Notes: generated by a model from the sequence alone, not told the origin. Shown: positions 12,005 to 24,458, numbered from the stretch's first letter. The stretch: DNA of 64,000 bases from Octopus sinensis (GCF_006345805.1 NC_043007.1:33666001-33730000), one strand, 5' to 3'. A program made the numbers and translations.

Positions 12005-13190
12005 AGGTAACAGGTGATATGACAATGAATGGGAAGTAGAGGAAATGTACCAGGTATGATGATGAATCGAAGTAAGGCAAGGGTCGATAAGAGGGAAGTA
12101 AAGCAAATGTACCAGGTGGTGTGGCAATAAAGAGGAAGTAGAAAGTAAAGGTAACAGGAGGAGTGATGATAAGTGGGATGTAGAGCAAAGGTACCAAGAA
12201 GTTAGGTAATAAATGAAAAGTGTGGAAAAGGTACGACAAGGAGTGACAATAAAGAAGAAGCAGAATAAAGGCACCAAAAATTGTGACAATGAGTAGGAAG
12301 TAGATCAAAGACACCTGGAGTTATAATAATAAATAAAAAACGAAGAAAAAGTTGCCCTTTTCAAGCCTAGTCAGGCTCATGGGCCCCCGTTTCCCAGTTT
12401 CTGTGGCATATGTGTTCCCCCCAGCTGGACGGGATGCCAGTCCATCACAGCATTACTCAAGAAACAGGAAGAGAGAGTGAGAGAAAGTTGTGGTGAAAGA
12501 GTACAACAGGGGTCGCCACCATCCCCTGCCAGACCCTCGTGGAGCTTTTAGGTGTTTTCGCTCAATAAACACATGCAACGCCCAGTCTGGGAACTGAAAT
12601 CGCGTTCCTCCAACCGTGAGTCTGCTGCCCTAACCACTGGGCCATTGCGCCTCCACATTATAATAAATGGAGTTATAATATTAAATGTGATATTAAATGG
12701 GAGTGTTGCGAGAATATTCAGCAATCACCCAAATGTTGTGATTCGCTCAAATATTACTCATGTGATTGACAGGATCTGACCAATCACAACTTTATGCAGA
12801 ATAGAATTCAGTGACTAAAATCAACTTTTGATATGTTCCTTTATCTACAGGGGTAAAGCAATGTGATGATAAATGAGAATAAGGTGAAGGTAACTGGAGC
12901 CCGTGTTGATAAAATGAAAGTAGGGCAAAGGTGTCACAAGGTGTGTTGATAAGGAAGAAATAGGGCTGAGTTACAAGGAGGCGTAATGAAAAATGGAAAG
13001 TTGGATAGAGGAACTAAAAGTTATGGTGGCAAAGGAGAAGTAGGGCAAAGATATCAGGAGCTGTTATGATAAATGGAAAATAGAACAAACGTACAAGATG
13101 TGACAGAAAGTAGGAAGTAGTTCAAAGACAACAGAACTATTTGTAATAAGTGGGAAGTAGGGAAATGACTCCAGAAGACATGGAAATCAG
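12005..13190. repeat. Old degenerate purine-rich ~40-bp minisatellite, interrupted by insertions
   Basis: Recurring gtgatgataaatgggaagtagggcaaaggtaccaggag-like units at 12005-12330 and 12845-13190. Confidence 0.65.
12345..12656 (-). mobile_element. SINE family C (tRNA-like head, V-domain-like gatggactggcatcccgtccag)
   Basis: Homologous to 52374-52679 on the opposite strand. Confidence 0.85.
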
Positions 13191-13255
13191 TGAAAAATAA
13201 GGTAAAAATGCTAAAATAAATCAAAAGAATATCTATTACAAAAATAAATGAACAA

Positions 13256-13665
13256 CAGGCGCAGGAGTGGCTGTGTGGTAAGTAGCTTGTTTACCAACCA
13301 CATGGTTCCGGGTTCAGTCCCACTGCGTGGCACCTTGGGCAAGTGTCTTCTACTATAGCCTCGGGCCGACCAAAGCCTTGTGAGTGGATTTGGTAGACAG
13401 AAACTTAAAGAAGCCCGTCGCATATATGTATATATATATATGCGCATGTGTGTTTCTGTGTCTGTGTTTGTCCCCCTAGCATTGCTTGACAACCGATGCT
13501 GGTGTGTTTATGTCCCCGTTACTTAGCGGTTCGGCAAAAGAGACCGATAGAATAAGTACTGGGCTTACAAAAGAATAAGTCCCGGGGTCGAGTTGCTTGG
13601 TTAAAGGCGGTGCTTCAGCATGGCCGCAGTCAAATGACTGAAACAAGTAAAAGAGTAAAAGAGTA
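13256..13665 (+). mobile_element. SINE family A, full length, young
   Basis: Near-identical to 62900-63322; imperfect TSD taaatgaacaac / taaatgagtaac. Confidence 0.95.
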
Positions 13666-14185
13666 AATGAGTAACAGCTGGAGCAGAATTGTCACATGAA
13701 CTTATGACTCATGACATCACAGAAATCCTATAATTCAGTTATGTTTTTAAGGACATAATCATGTCGAATTGATTGATATGATTAATTGAATGTCAATATT
13801 ATTGCCAAAGGTAATCAATATATTTTTGTTGCTATCCTTTCATTTCAAGCCTGCATTGAGCAAAAGAAGGGCTTGTCAAATGCTTATCAACAGCTATCAT
13901 GCACAGATGAAAGGGAATTTGGTAATGTGAACCAAGTTTTTGGTAACTGCTTTATGTTTTTATGTAACTATGTGCAGGACAGAGACACCCAATTGGCTCT
14001 CTGCCCTTGGCTCAGTATAACATCCAGGCTGGGACAGTTGATGGGAGAGAGGGCTGCACCAACATTCTAGTGGTATTCATTGCACTTGAGTAGAATGGAT
14101 TCCTGGTTCAATCCCACTGCATAGCCTCTGCTTCACCTATATTTCTTTAGTGGAATTTTGTAAATGACAACTTTATAAAAGCTCA

Positions 14186-14233
<48 letters not shown>

Positions 14234-14777
14234 CCCAGTTGAGGTTGGCTGTAAGGAATTCCCAAACCCAGTGAGTGTTGAGAATGCTTACATCCATTGG
14301 AATTAGAGGAAAGGAGTGAAACTTAGCTGAACACAGGCTGGGAGGGGCAGCAGGAAGACTATCTTGCTGGTTGCTGGTTGCTGGTTACAGAACAAGAGAG
14401 ATGAGCTAAGATGGAAGACAGGGGGAGATATTGAGCAGCGATCTTGCTAACTCTGCAGATTGAACAATAGTAGGGTGTTACAGTTCAAGGTCAAAACACC
14501 TGAATATCATTAGATACTGTTTGAAGACATCGATATCTTCTGGTGAAAGCTACAAGCACCAAAGGTCAATGAAGAAGAAGCATCTTCTTTTAGATGCAAT
14601 AATACATACATACAAACACACACACATATATATACATACACATATATATCTGCCCCTCCCTCAAAGGGCATAAGTTCTCTCACCACAACAAGGTAGTACG
14701 GGGGGGGGGTAGCCGTCTGCACATCACTAATTAGATGATGAGGCATTTGGCTATATATATATATATATATATATATA

Positions 14778-15214
14778 CATAGAAGTAAATATATAGTACA
14801 ATGGGCTATTCTTTACTGGAAAGCAATACTCTCGTATTGCATTACTATTTTTATTGAAACTTCTTCACTGTTCTCGTTCTGTCAGCATTTTGGCGTTTCA
14901 GTCGAGTGTATTGGCATTGATGTGGCAACATCTGAAATGTTGTCGAGGTATATGTTGGCTGATGAGGATAAATCAAGTATATGTGTGCAGACATATCTTG
15001 AAAAATCTGAAACCGGTACCACATTATCCCTTTCTAGGTATTTCATCTTTCAGATGTTCTCCCTGGAGGTAAGACAATTTTTTTCAAGTTTGTTGCACAC
15101 ACGCATTTTTGCTAGTACATACGCGGTGAAGCTATACATTAGCGTCGTATTTATTACGTTCGCTATTTTCCAGTAAATATCGGTACTTCGTTGTACCATA
15201 TATTTACTTCTATG
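14778..15214. mobile_element. TIR element (MITE-like) in a TA target
   Basis: 24-bp TIRs catagaagtaaatatatagtacaa (14778-14801) and 15191-15214 with 1 mismatch, flanked by TA. Confidence 0.7.
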
Positions 15215-15315
15215 TATAATTTTCCCTCACGGGCTATTCTTTACTGGAAAGCAATACTCTCGTATTGCATTACTATTTTTATATATATATATATATATAT
15301 ATAACTACACATGTG

Positions 15316-15480
15316 CCATTGGCGATTTCTTCTCTATCTTTGGACTTTTCTCTTTCTCCTTTCTGATGATGATCTTTGCCGAAAACGTCAAACTCTCTTC
15401 TTTCACTGACCATCAAGCTAATACATTTCTTGTGCACATCCTCACATAGGTTTTTTTTTTATTTGAATTGACTATATATA
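15316..15480 (+). mobile_element. PLE terminal-repeat fragment with HHR-like motif (CTGATGA 15363-15369 ... GAAAACGTC 15381-15389)
   Basis: Homologous to 22460-22630; ends in (TA)n; core residues present but stem II decayed. Confidence 0.55.
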
Positions 15481-15933
15481 CATACATCATCATTATCATC
15501 ACATAATGTCTGTTTTCCATGCTGGCCTGGGTTGGAAGATTTGACATAGAGCTGGGGAGCTGTCCAGACTCCAATTGTTTGCTGTAGCATGGTTTCTATG
15601 GCTGGATGCCCTTCCTAGTGTCAATCACATTACAGAGTGTGCTGGTTGCTCCTTATGTGCCACTGGCATGGGTCTATTTATGCAGCACCAGTATGACATG
15701 AGTGCATTTTATGTAATATCGGCACTTGTAAAGAACAAGCCTGTATGTATGGGTGACTGTGATTTTATTTAGCTTGGTGTGTCTTTTCAAGCACAACAAA
15801 TTACCACAACTGCTAGTCCCTTGTCATTTCCTCAATGAGTCCCAGTATCTAAAGATCCTTTCTCACCACTTTGTATCATGTCTTCTTGGGTCTACCCCTT
15901 TCACAGGTTCCCTTCCATATACATACATGTACA

Positions 15934-15970
<37 letters not shown>

Positions 15971-16029
15971 TGTGAGTATTGATGGAGGTTTATGCAGGGA
16001 TTATGAACAATTAATAGAAAAAATCTGAA

Positions 16030-17075
16030 CTATTTTACCCAAGACAGACTCCAGAGATGGCCTTCAGCCTTCTTTGAAAAACTATAGCCTTTCCATTTCT
16101 CTTAGGTTGGACTATAAGAAGGTAAATTTTCTCATTATCGCCTTAGTTTTGAACAGAGGTCTACTATTTCCTTTCCATAAACCTAATGAACATTTTATCT
16201 ACATACACAAAAGTTGTAATCATCCAAAAATCAATAAGAGGTACTCTTGTAAGGAATATTTCTCTTAGAATATCTAAACTTTCCTTTAACATAAAAGTAC
16301 TTAGTAATAACTTTGAATTATATAATGGTGCTCTGTTGAAAAGTGGTTTTGAGCATAAGATTCAATTTATTGCTTCCTCTGGTACAAACAACGCAGATTT
16401 TAAAGCAATTTCTCCTCATAAAAATACAAAATATATTAATACACTGCTCAACTCTTTAACCCAACATTCTAAATGTAAAATGAGCAAATAAACAAGGAAT
16501 TGATAATGTTAATACAATTGCATCTTATATTAACAATACAATAACAATGTAACAAGTGGTGAATCTGAGAATAAAAATAATGAAAGTCTTGATATGCCTG
16601 GAGACAAAAACTGATAAACCTACAAATAGTTGGCAAAATTTAATAAAACTAAAAGATGAAAATAACCAATCTAAAAATCTTGAGAGTGAATACACAAGCA
16701 GTCACAGAGGTAAAAGTACAATAAAGTTAATCATATACTTAAATCTAAGAACCACGATGAAACATACGGCCTCTGCAAACCTAATACAAATACAAAATCT
16801 CACCTAAAGGGTAGGATAGGAAACTAACATAATCCACTGTGAATACACTCAAGCTTTGCATTTTCATGAAAAACCCACAAAGGATGATCACGAGGTACTT
16901 TCCTGAAAAATTATTACTACACATGAGAAAAATAGAGATATTAAATCAAGAAAAATAATGCAATGTAGTTTAGTGATGTATGCAAAAATTTTGGGACAAA
17001 CATGATTAAAGGGGTGTTTTTAATACATTAAGTAGAAACTTGCCCCCAAACCACATTTTAAATAAGTACATGGTT
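16030..17075 (+). mobile_element. Penelope-like element, RT C-terminal remnant
   Basis: KVNFL..L.LN.GL.FPFHKPNEHFIYIHKSCNHPK / SIRGTLVRNISLRISKLS..YNGALLKSGF resembles the PLE YRKP..YIH..SNHP..ISKLS..Y..AL..SG motif; frameshifted. Confidence 0.8.
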
Positions 17076-17123
17076 AAATTCCCTTGCTCTGCAACACCAG
17101 ATCTTGCCAATATTATAGAATAG

Positions 17124-17335
17124 GTGGCAAGCTGGCAGAAATGTTAGCATGCCTGGTGAAATGCTTAGCGGTGTTTCATCTGACTTTACATTCTTAGTTC
17201 AAATTCTGCCAAGGGCAACTTTGCCTTTCATCCTTTCGGGGTTAATAAATTAAATACCAGTTACATACTGGAGTTGATCTAATTGACTGCCCATCTCCCC
17301 CAAAATTTCAGGCCTTATGTCTGGAGTAGAAAAGA
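17124..17335 (+). mobile_element. SINE family B (B2-type tail), strongly CpG-decayed
   Basis: Aligns to 63448-63682 with most CG dinucleotides changed to TG/CA. Confidence 0.9.
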
Positions 17336-17814
17336 CTATTATAGAATATTTGGAGGTGCAATGGCCCAGTGGTTAGGGCAGCAGACTCGCGGTCATGAGA
17401 ATGCGGTTTCGATTCCCAGAGTGGGCATTGTGAGTGTTTATTGAGCAAAAACACCTAAGCTCCACTTATAAGTCCAACCCGTGCTAGCACGGAAAACGGA
17501 CGTTAAATGATGATGATGACACTAATGCTTGTAAAATGAACAATTATAATAAAAATAATGCACACTCAAAATATAGCATAAACTCTCAGACTTGCCTCAC
17601 AAATGTATATAGCAACTAAAGTGGGTGAGATTCAAAATTTAGAAAACAATAATACAAAATCCGAAACCACAACTGCTGTCAAGCTGACAGCAATGGAAGT
17701 AATGGACATAATGTAAAGGACGATAATACTGTTTACCTAGTTTGCAAAACAGTGAATGAAATTAACACTAATAATTACAAATTTTAATAATAATGAATAT
17801 AATAATAATAATAA

Positions 17815-18066
17815 TAAAATTATTGTATACAGCGCTCAGGTGCACCACAACTTGTCAGAAAGTGTGTATAAAGTGTATGCAGTAATGTACAAATGTCTGG
17901 AAAGCGAACAATGTATGAGTCAGATACATGCTTGTGTGTGTATGGAGGGGAGAAAATCAGATGTAGTGTTGGCGAATCTCAGGGAGCATGGAAGTTTTGA
18001 AGGATGCAGTGCTCCGACAACTAACAACTGATGCCGGCAGTTTGTTCCATGCTTCAGCAACTCTCA
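17815..18066 (-). mobile_element. CR1-like LINE 3' end
   Basis: Minus strand gives RVAEAWNKLPASVVSCRSTASFKTSML..*, followed by a 3' UTR and (TAT)n tail. Confidence 0.8.
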
Positions 18067-18449
18067 AGGCCTGAAATTAAATCAGTGTCAGTGCTCAACT
18101 GGTACATATTTTATTGCCACTGAAAGGATGAAATGCAAAGTCAACCAAAGCTGAATTTGAACTTGGAGCAAAAAACCCCGAAGAAATGCCTCTAAGCATT
18201 TTGTCCTGCATGCTGACGGTTCTCCAGTTAGCTGTTTTAATGATAATCATGATAACAACAATAATCCTTTCTAGTATAAGCACAATGCCTGAAATAATTG
18301 GGGAGGTGATGCTAGTCAATGACATAAATGCTGGTAACTCAAATGGTGCTTATTTCATCAACCCCAAAAGGATGAAGGGCAAAAACGGAATTTGAAGTTG
18401 TAACATAAAACTGGAATAAATGCCAGTGAGCAATTTTTTCTTTCTTTTT

Positions 18450-18668
18450 TCTTTCTTTCTTGTCTTTGTTTCAGTCATTTGACTGCAGCCATGCTGGAGC
18501 ACCGCTTATAGTCAAGTAAATCGATCTCAGGACTTATTCTTTGGAAGCCTAGTTCTTATTCTATCAGTCTCTCGTGCCGTACCGCTAAGTGACGGGGATG
18601 TAAATGCACCAGCATCAGTTGTCAAGCGATGTTGGGGGGACAAACACAGACACACAAACATATACATA

Positions 18669-18702
<34 letters not shown>

Positions 18703-18862
18703 GACAGGCTTCTTTCAGATTCTGCCTACCAAATCCACTCACAAGGCTTTGGTCTGCCTGAAGCTATAGTAGAAGACACTTGCCCAAGGTGCCACGCAGT
18801 GGGACTGAATCTGGAACCATGTGGTTGGTAAGCAAGCTACTTACCACACAGCCACTCCTGCA
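18450..18862 (-). mobile_element. SINE family A, full length
   Basis: Both modules and the central (TA)n are present. Confidence 0.93.
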
Positions 18863-18929
18863 TCTATATTGAACAGTCGAAATACCACTCAAGCATTTTG
18901 CATGGCATGCTCACGATTCTGCCAGCTCA

Positions 18930-19420
18930 CCATCTTTGTTTACCGTACTAACAATTCTCCAGCTAGCAGCTTTAATAGTAATAACAGCAACATCAACAAC
19001 ACCAACAGCAATGATGACTGCAGAATAACTTCTGTTTGCCCTCTTAGAGGTAACTGCTTAGTAAACAATGCTATTTACAGGTGTAGCACCATTACAGCAA
19101 ATGACACCTGTTATAACATAGATTCTGCTTTTAACTCTACTAAATGCCAGTACAATTTATGAATGCACAACTTCACAAATAAAAATTATGTAATATGATT
19201 TAACTGGCCAAGTATATCATTAATTTAACTCATTGAATACAAAAATACTGCAATGAGGTATCTTAACAAAAGCCCAACTCTATCAAAGCACTCCATATTT
19301 TATTTAATAACATAAAATTATTTAACTGAAGATAAGACAGCTTTTTCTCTTGCAAGTACAAAACCATTTAAGTCTACAAATGTAATTTTACGCAGGTAAA
19401 ATGGCATTGTAATAGTTGAG
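18930..19420 (+). mobile_element. Penelope-like element GIY-YIG region remnant (probable continuation of 16030-17075)
   Basis: DCRITSVCPLRGNCLVNNAIYRCSTITANDTCYNI resembles the PLE CNCR...CPL.GNCL...IY....T....YIG motif. Confidence 0.75.
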
Positions 19421-19572
19421 TTCATTCTTTCAGCTAACTCAAATAACAGCAATTTAGAATTAGTATTTCCTCACTTTATAAGTAAATAAAATACATACTA
19501 ATAAATTTGTTTATTAATTTATTTTGATATATATGTGTGTGTATATGCAATATGTATTTGTGTATATGTGTA

Positions 19573-19624
<52 letters not shown>

Positions 19625-19627
<3 letters not shown>

Positions 19628-20012
19628 TAGAGTAAAGCCATTATTATGCAATTCAAACAATGATAGACATAAACCAAATCATAAAGAAAAAATAAAATAT
19701 ATTATAAAACATAACTAAATCACAAAAAGTACAAAAGTGAATAAACAATATATAATAAGTAAAAAGACAACATACGTTTCTGCTCATTATATATTGTCTA
19801 TTCATTTTTGTACTTTTTGTGATCTAGTTACATGTTTTATAATATATTTTATTTTTTCTTTATGATTTAGTTTATGTCTGTCATTGTTTGAATTACATAA
19901 TATTGGTTTCTCTCTAATTTCTATATATTATATGTTTATATTTTGAAATTTGATTTAATACTAAATAGAATTTTTCCCTGTAAGTTTGGAGTTATACTCC
20001 CTATTATTATTT
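19625..20012 (-). mobile_element. Second foldback element of the 4428 family (diverged)
   Basis: Inverted arms 19625-19759 and 19783-19919. The reverse complement of 19945-20012 matches the 4428 leader, and the minus-strand loop retains GAAACGTA. Confidence 0.8.
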
Positions 20013-20020
20013 TATATATA

Positions 20021-20365
20021 CGTTCGTGGCCGTTTGCCAGCTCTGTCTGGCCCCGTGTCGGTGGCACGTAAAAGCACCATCCGTTCGTGTCCGTTGCCAG
20101 CATCGCCTGGCCCCGTGCCGGTGACACGTAAAAGCACCATCCGTTCGTGGCTGTTCGCCAGCTCTGTCTGGCACCTGTGCAGGTGGCACGTAAAAAACAC
20201 CCACTACACTCGCGGAGTGGTTGGCGTTAGGAAGGGCATCCAGCCGTAGAAACACTGCCAGATCTGACTGGGCCTGACGAAGCCTTCCAGCTTCACAGAC
20301 CCCAGTTGACCCGTCCAACCCATGCTAGCATGGAAAGCGGATGCTAAATGATGATGATGATGATG
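20021..20365 (+). mobile_element. SINE-like family G with three ~60-bp internal tandem subunits and (GAT)n tail
   Basis: Subunits 20021-20081, 20082-20141 and 20142-20202, then gttggcgttaggaagggcatccag ... ccaacccatgctagcatggaaagcgga..(gat)n. Fragments recur at about 7820, 8743, 15485, 17465, 21778, 23095, 27190, 27650, 40665 and 48355. Confidence 0.85.
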
Positions 20366-20531
20366 ATATATATATATATTGGTAAAAACGGTAAGATAAC
20401 AAAAGAAAGAAAGAGACCTCAATATTATGTAAATAGAGGAAATGGTTTATTTAATAAAGTGATTGATGAAATGGCCAGATAACCGAAGAGATGGTGTTGT
20501 GGATTTCCACTTAGGCATCTGAAACTCAGAG

Positions 20532-20576
<45 letters not shown>

Positions 20577-20880
20577 CATACATATACATGTATGTGTGTG
20601 TGTGTGTGTGTGTGAGTAGGGCACATGTCTTAGTGGTTAGGGTGTTGCACTCACAAGCTAGAGATCATGATTTGAATTCCTAGACCGGGTGATGCATTGG
20701 GTTGTTGAGCAAAACACTTCATCATACATTGCCTTGTTATCAGTCTAACACCTGATGCATGGCACTCTGTGTGCTTATTCTGACAGTTTTGACTTGATGG
20801 AGTGCATGAGATAATGTGCTGCATGAGCATTTCATCAATCACTTTAAATAAACCATTTTGTGCAAGTAATTCAGCAAAAG

Positions 20881-21130
20881 TGGAGACGCATGGCTTAATG
20901 GTTAGGGTGTCAGCATCATGATCGTAAGATTGTGGTTTCGATTCCTAGACCAGGCGACACATTGTGTTCTTGGGCAAAACACTTCATTTCATGCTGCTCC
21001 AGTCCACTCAGCTGGCAAAAATGAGTAAAGCTGTGTTGGACTGGTGTCCCGTCCAACTGGGGAACACATATGCCATACAAACCGGGAAACCGGGCCCGTG
21101 AGCCTGGCTAGGCTTTAAAAAGGGTGCAAA
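20881..21130 (+). mobile_element. SINE family D (tRNA-like head, CORE-like and V-like blocks)
   Basis: tggcttaatggttaggg ... gtttcgattcc head, gtgttcttgggcaaaacactt block and gactggtgtcccgtcca block. Other copies at about 20617, 30280, 32340(-), 34350(-), 46085 and 55195(-). Confidence 0.85.
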
Positions 21131-21371
21131 ATTCAGCAAAAGCTAAAGGCTCAAACATAATCTTTGATGGAGAGTTCATCTCATGTTGCTCTGCAATCAC
21201 TTCAACACTTGACGTGTGGCACACAGTGCACCTGTTTAGACAACATCGATTTACAGGAGAGAGTGAGCTTAAGTGCAGCACGAACATTTGATCACTATAA
21301 ATAATTCATTTGCGCAGATAATTCGGCAAAAGCTGAATGCTCATTCCTTGTCTTCGACAGGAGAGTTCACC

Positions 21372-21432
<61 letters not shown>

Positions 21433-21437
21433 TATAA

Positions 21438-21762
21438 GACTTTTACAGATTCCATTGACAGCGAGGTTCACAAATGGAAAACTTCTGAACTGGATCAAGC
21501 TGAAACTGTCACTAGAAGCTAGGATCACCAAGCATAGATTGGCATATTTTGGTCATATTATGCGAAGAAAATCCTTGGAGAAGGACATCATGCTCGAAAT
21601 GGTCAGTGGCAAGAGAGGAAGAGGATGACCAAGAACCCGCTAGCTTCACACCATCAAGAGTGACACAGGAATGGCCATGGATAATCTGAAAGAAGTGACC
21701 CAGGATAGAACTGGCTGGAGAACACTGATCCATCGAGTAACTCAGAGTTGACTTCGACGGAT
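21438..21762 (+). mobile_element. RTE (BovB-like) LINE 3' remnant
   Basis: LLQIPLTAR..SLEARITKHRLAYFGHIMRRKSLEKDIMLEMVSGKRGRG*PRTR*L..DRTGWR resembles the RTE C-terminal YFGH..R..SLEK..ML..V.GKR.RGRP..RW motif. Confidence 0.85.
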
Positions 21763-22459
21763 GTATATATATATATACTTCCAACCCATGCTAGCATGGA
21801 AAGCGGACGCTAAACGATGATGATGATGATGATGATACTTACTGTAGCAACTAGACCAATGTGTGACCTGGCACACACACTCCACTCTTAGTTACATAAA
21901 TTAATGTGCAAATCCTTAAATTTATTTCAAGTGAAATTTATTAGTGACTCATATGCAGCTGAAATTGTTTTTAGCAGGTAGGGTTGGGGGACTCTCTTTC
22001 ATCAAGTCAGGTGCTGGTATATATCTTATCTTTCTGAAGAAATAGAAACAAACTATTAGTGTATGATTGTGGATGAGTATTTGAACTTATATCACCTTTC
22101 ATATATGCATAGATGCACCCCACCATACACACATATGTGCTATATTGATAAGTGAGCACATAAGTGCAAAACAAGGTGGAAAATATAGTACTCGAATACC
22201 AAAGGTAGAGTCTAATACTATTTTACCAAAGCTGAAAACACTTCAGAGTTTCATATAACTGTTCATCAGACTGTTGCGATAATCACAACTGTGTGATGAA
22301 TGGTTACATGAAACTCTGATTAGCAGTTTGTGAAGATATTTTCGCTTTAATAAAATAGCTTATCTTCAACAATGTAAAGTACACACATTCCATTGATTGA
22401 TTGATTCTAGTTTCAGCTCACGAGCTGTGGCCATGCTGGGGCACCGCCATTTCAAGATT

Positions 22460-22627
22460 GGAGATTTCTTTTCCTTACTTGGACTTTTCCTTTCTGGTGA
22501 AGAGCTATGTTTGAAACATCAAACACTCTCCTTTCACCGAACTTCAAGCTAATACATTTCTTGTGTGCATCCTCATGTTATCCATTTTTATTTGTTTATT
22601 TGAATTTTGAATTACTTTATTTGAACT

Positions 22628-22630
<3 letters not shown>
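22460..22630 (+). mobile_element. PLE terminal-repeat fragment with degenerate HHR-like motif (22494-22520)
   Basis: ctggtga-agagctatgttt-gaaacatc; homologous to 15316-15480; ends in (TA)n. Confidence 0.5.
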
Positions 22631-22670
<40 letters not shown>

Positions 22671-22690
22671 TATATACATACATACATACA

Positions 22691-22732
<42 letters not shown>

Positions 22733-23057
22733 ATGTCTCATTTATATCTATATATTGACCTACCATAAAAGGCTAATATTGGTAAAATGAGACATACTTA
22801 TCTACATGGCCGAAACAGCTGTAAGATGTAATCTATACTTATATTTATATTTACTTATATTTATATTCTCTTTTATATATATTCTACTTATTATACAACA
22901 TTACTCTTTTATGTACTTTCTTTTATGTACACTGATTTCTTCTGCTTTTTTATGTTTAACCCTACAGTCTCTTATGTGGTGGTTTAATAAACTATGTGAT
23001 TGAGTATTATCTGGTAATTAATATTTGATTTAGATGTATTTCTCCATTCTCTTATCT

Positions 23058-23097
<40 letters not shown>

Positions 23098-24086
23098 CAT
23101 CATCATCAACATCATTCCAACATCTGGTTTCCTCACTGGCATAAAATGGACAGTTTTACTGAGGACTGGCAAGCCAGGGGGCTGCACCAAGCTCCAATCT
23201 GATCTGGCATGGTTCTACAGCTGGATGCCATTCCTAATGCCAACTATTCCAAAAGTGTAGTGGGTGCATTTTACATGCCACTGATATGGTAGCCAGTCAT
23301 AAAATAACTTGAAGTATAAATGTATATACATACATATATATGTATAAATGTATAGTTTACATGTTAGTATATGTATGTGAATTAAAATTTCTATTTGAAT
23401 GTGTGTGTTTGAGCATGCCTGTGTGTGTATGAGTGAATAAGTCCGTTATTATCCAGCCCTTTTATCAGCCACTAAATTCTAAGCCATTTAAAATCATTAA
23501 CTCAGTATTATCTTTGATCTGCAATAGTTTAAGTGTTCAATTTTTTTCCTTTTGACAAACATCCTAACTACACTGACAACCAATCCATAATCTTTCCCTT
23601 CTTTATCTCTCTGCTAAAATCGAAATACTAAAATTCCCTTTCTTAACTGGCATATATAGAATATTGGACTAAATTTACATGCAATTCTCATTTAGCACAT
23701 TCTAACAGCTGAAGATGGTAATTAACAAGGAAATAAATTACTATTTTCTTCAGAAGATTTGGTGTTCTAAAGTGATGGTGTAATTAATGATTACTCACAA
23801 CATACTAGTGATCGCTAGTGAAACATGTAAACATTATGTACTTTATGACGTTATAACAAAGTGTTTTATTCTGCCCTCATATATATGTGTATGTATATAT
23901 GTATGTCTTCTCTCCTGGTGCTATATGAACATTTAATGTAGTTTTACAGTCAAGTTTTGACTGCTATTTTCAGCGTGGTGGTATCTCTTAGATACCCTAA
24001 ATTATAATTTTAAATAATTATTCCCATGTTGGCCACTTGATAAGATCAATATTTAAATATCGATCTTATTCTTATTTATATAAATT

Positions 24087-24136
<50 letters not shown>

Positions 24137-24371
24137 TATATATATATATGTATATGTATATGTATGTCGAAGAGGCTTTCCCCATGTGTCGAGATGTAGT
24201 GAAAAAGCATATAATAAAAGAAGGAAAATGCACAAACTGCTACTCAGAGTTTCATGTAACCATTCATCACACAGTTGTGATTATCGCAACAGTCTGATGA
24301 ACAGTTGTAGGGTAAAATATTATGATAGCCAACCATTTTTACATTTCACTAATCATGACATTGAAATTGGT

Positions 24372-24418
<47 letters not shown>

Positions 24419-24422
24419 TAGC

Positions 24423-24457
<35 letters not shown>

Positions 24458-24458
24458 C

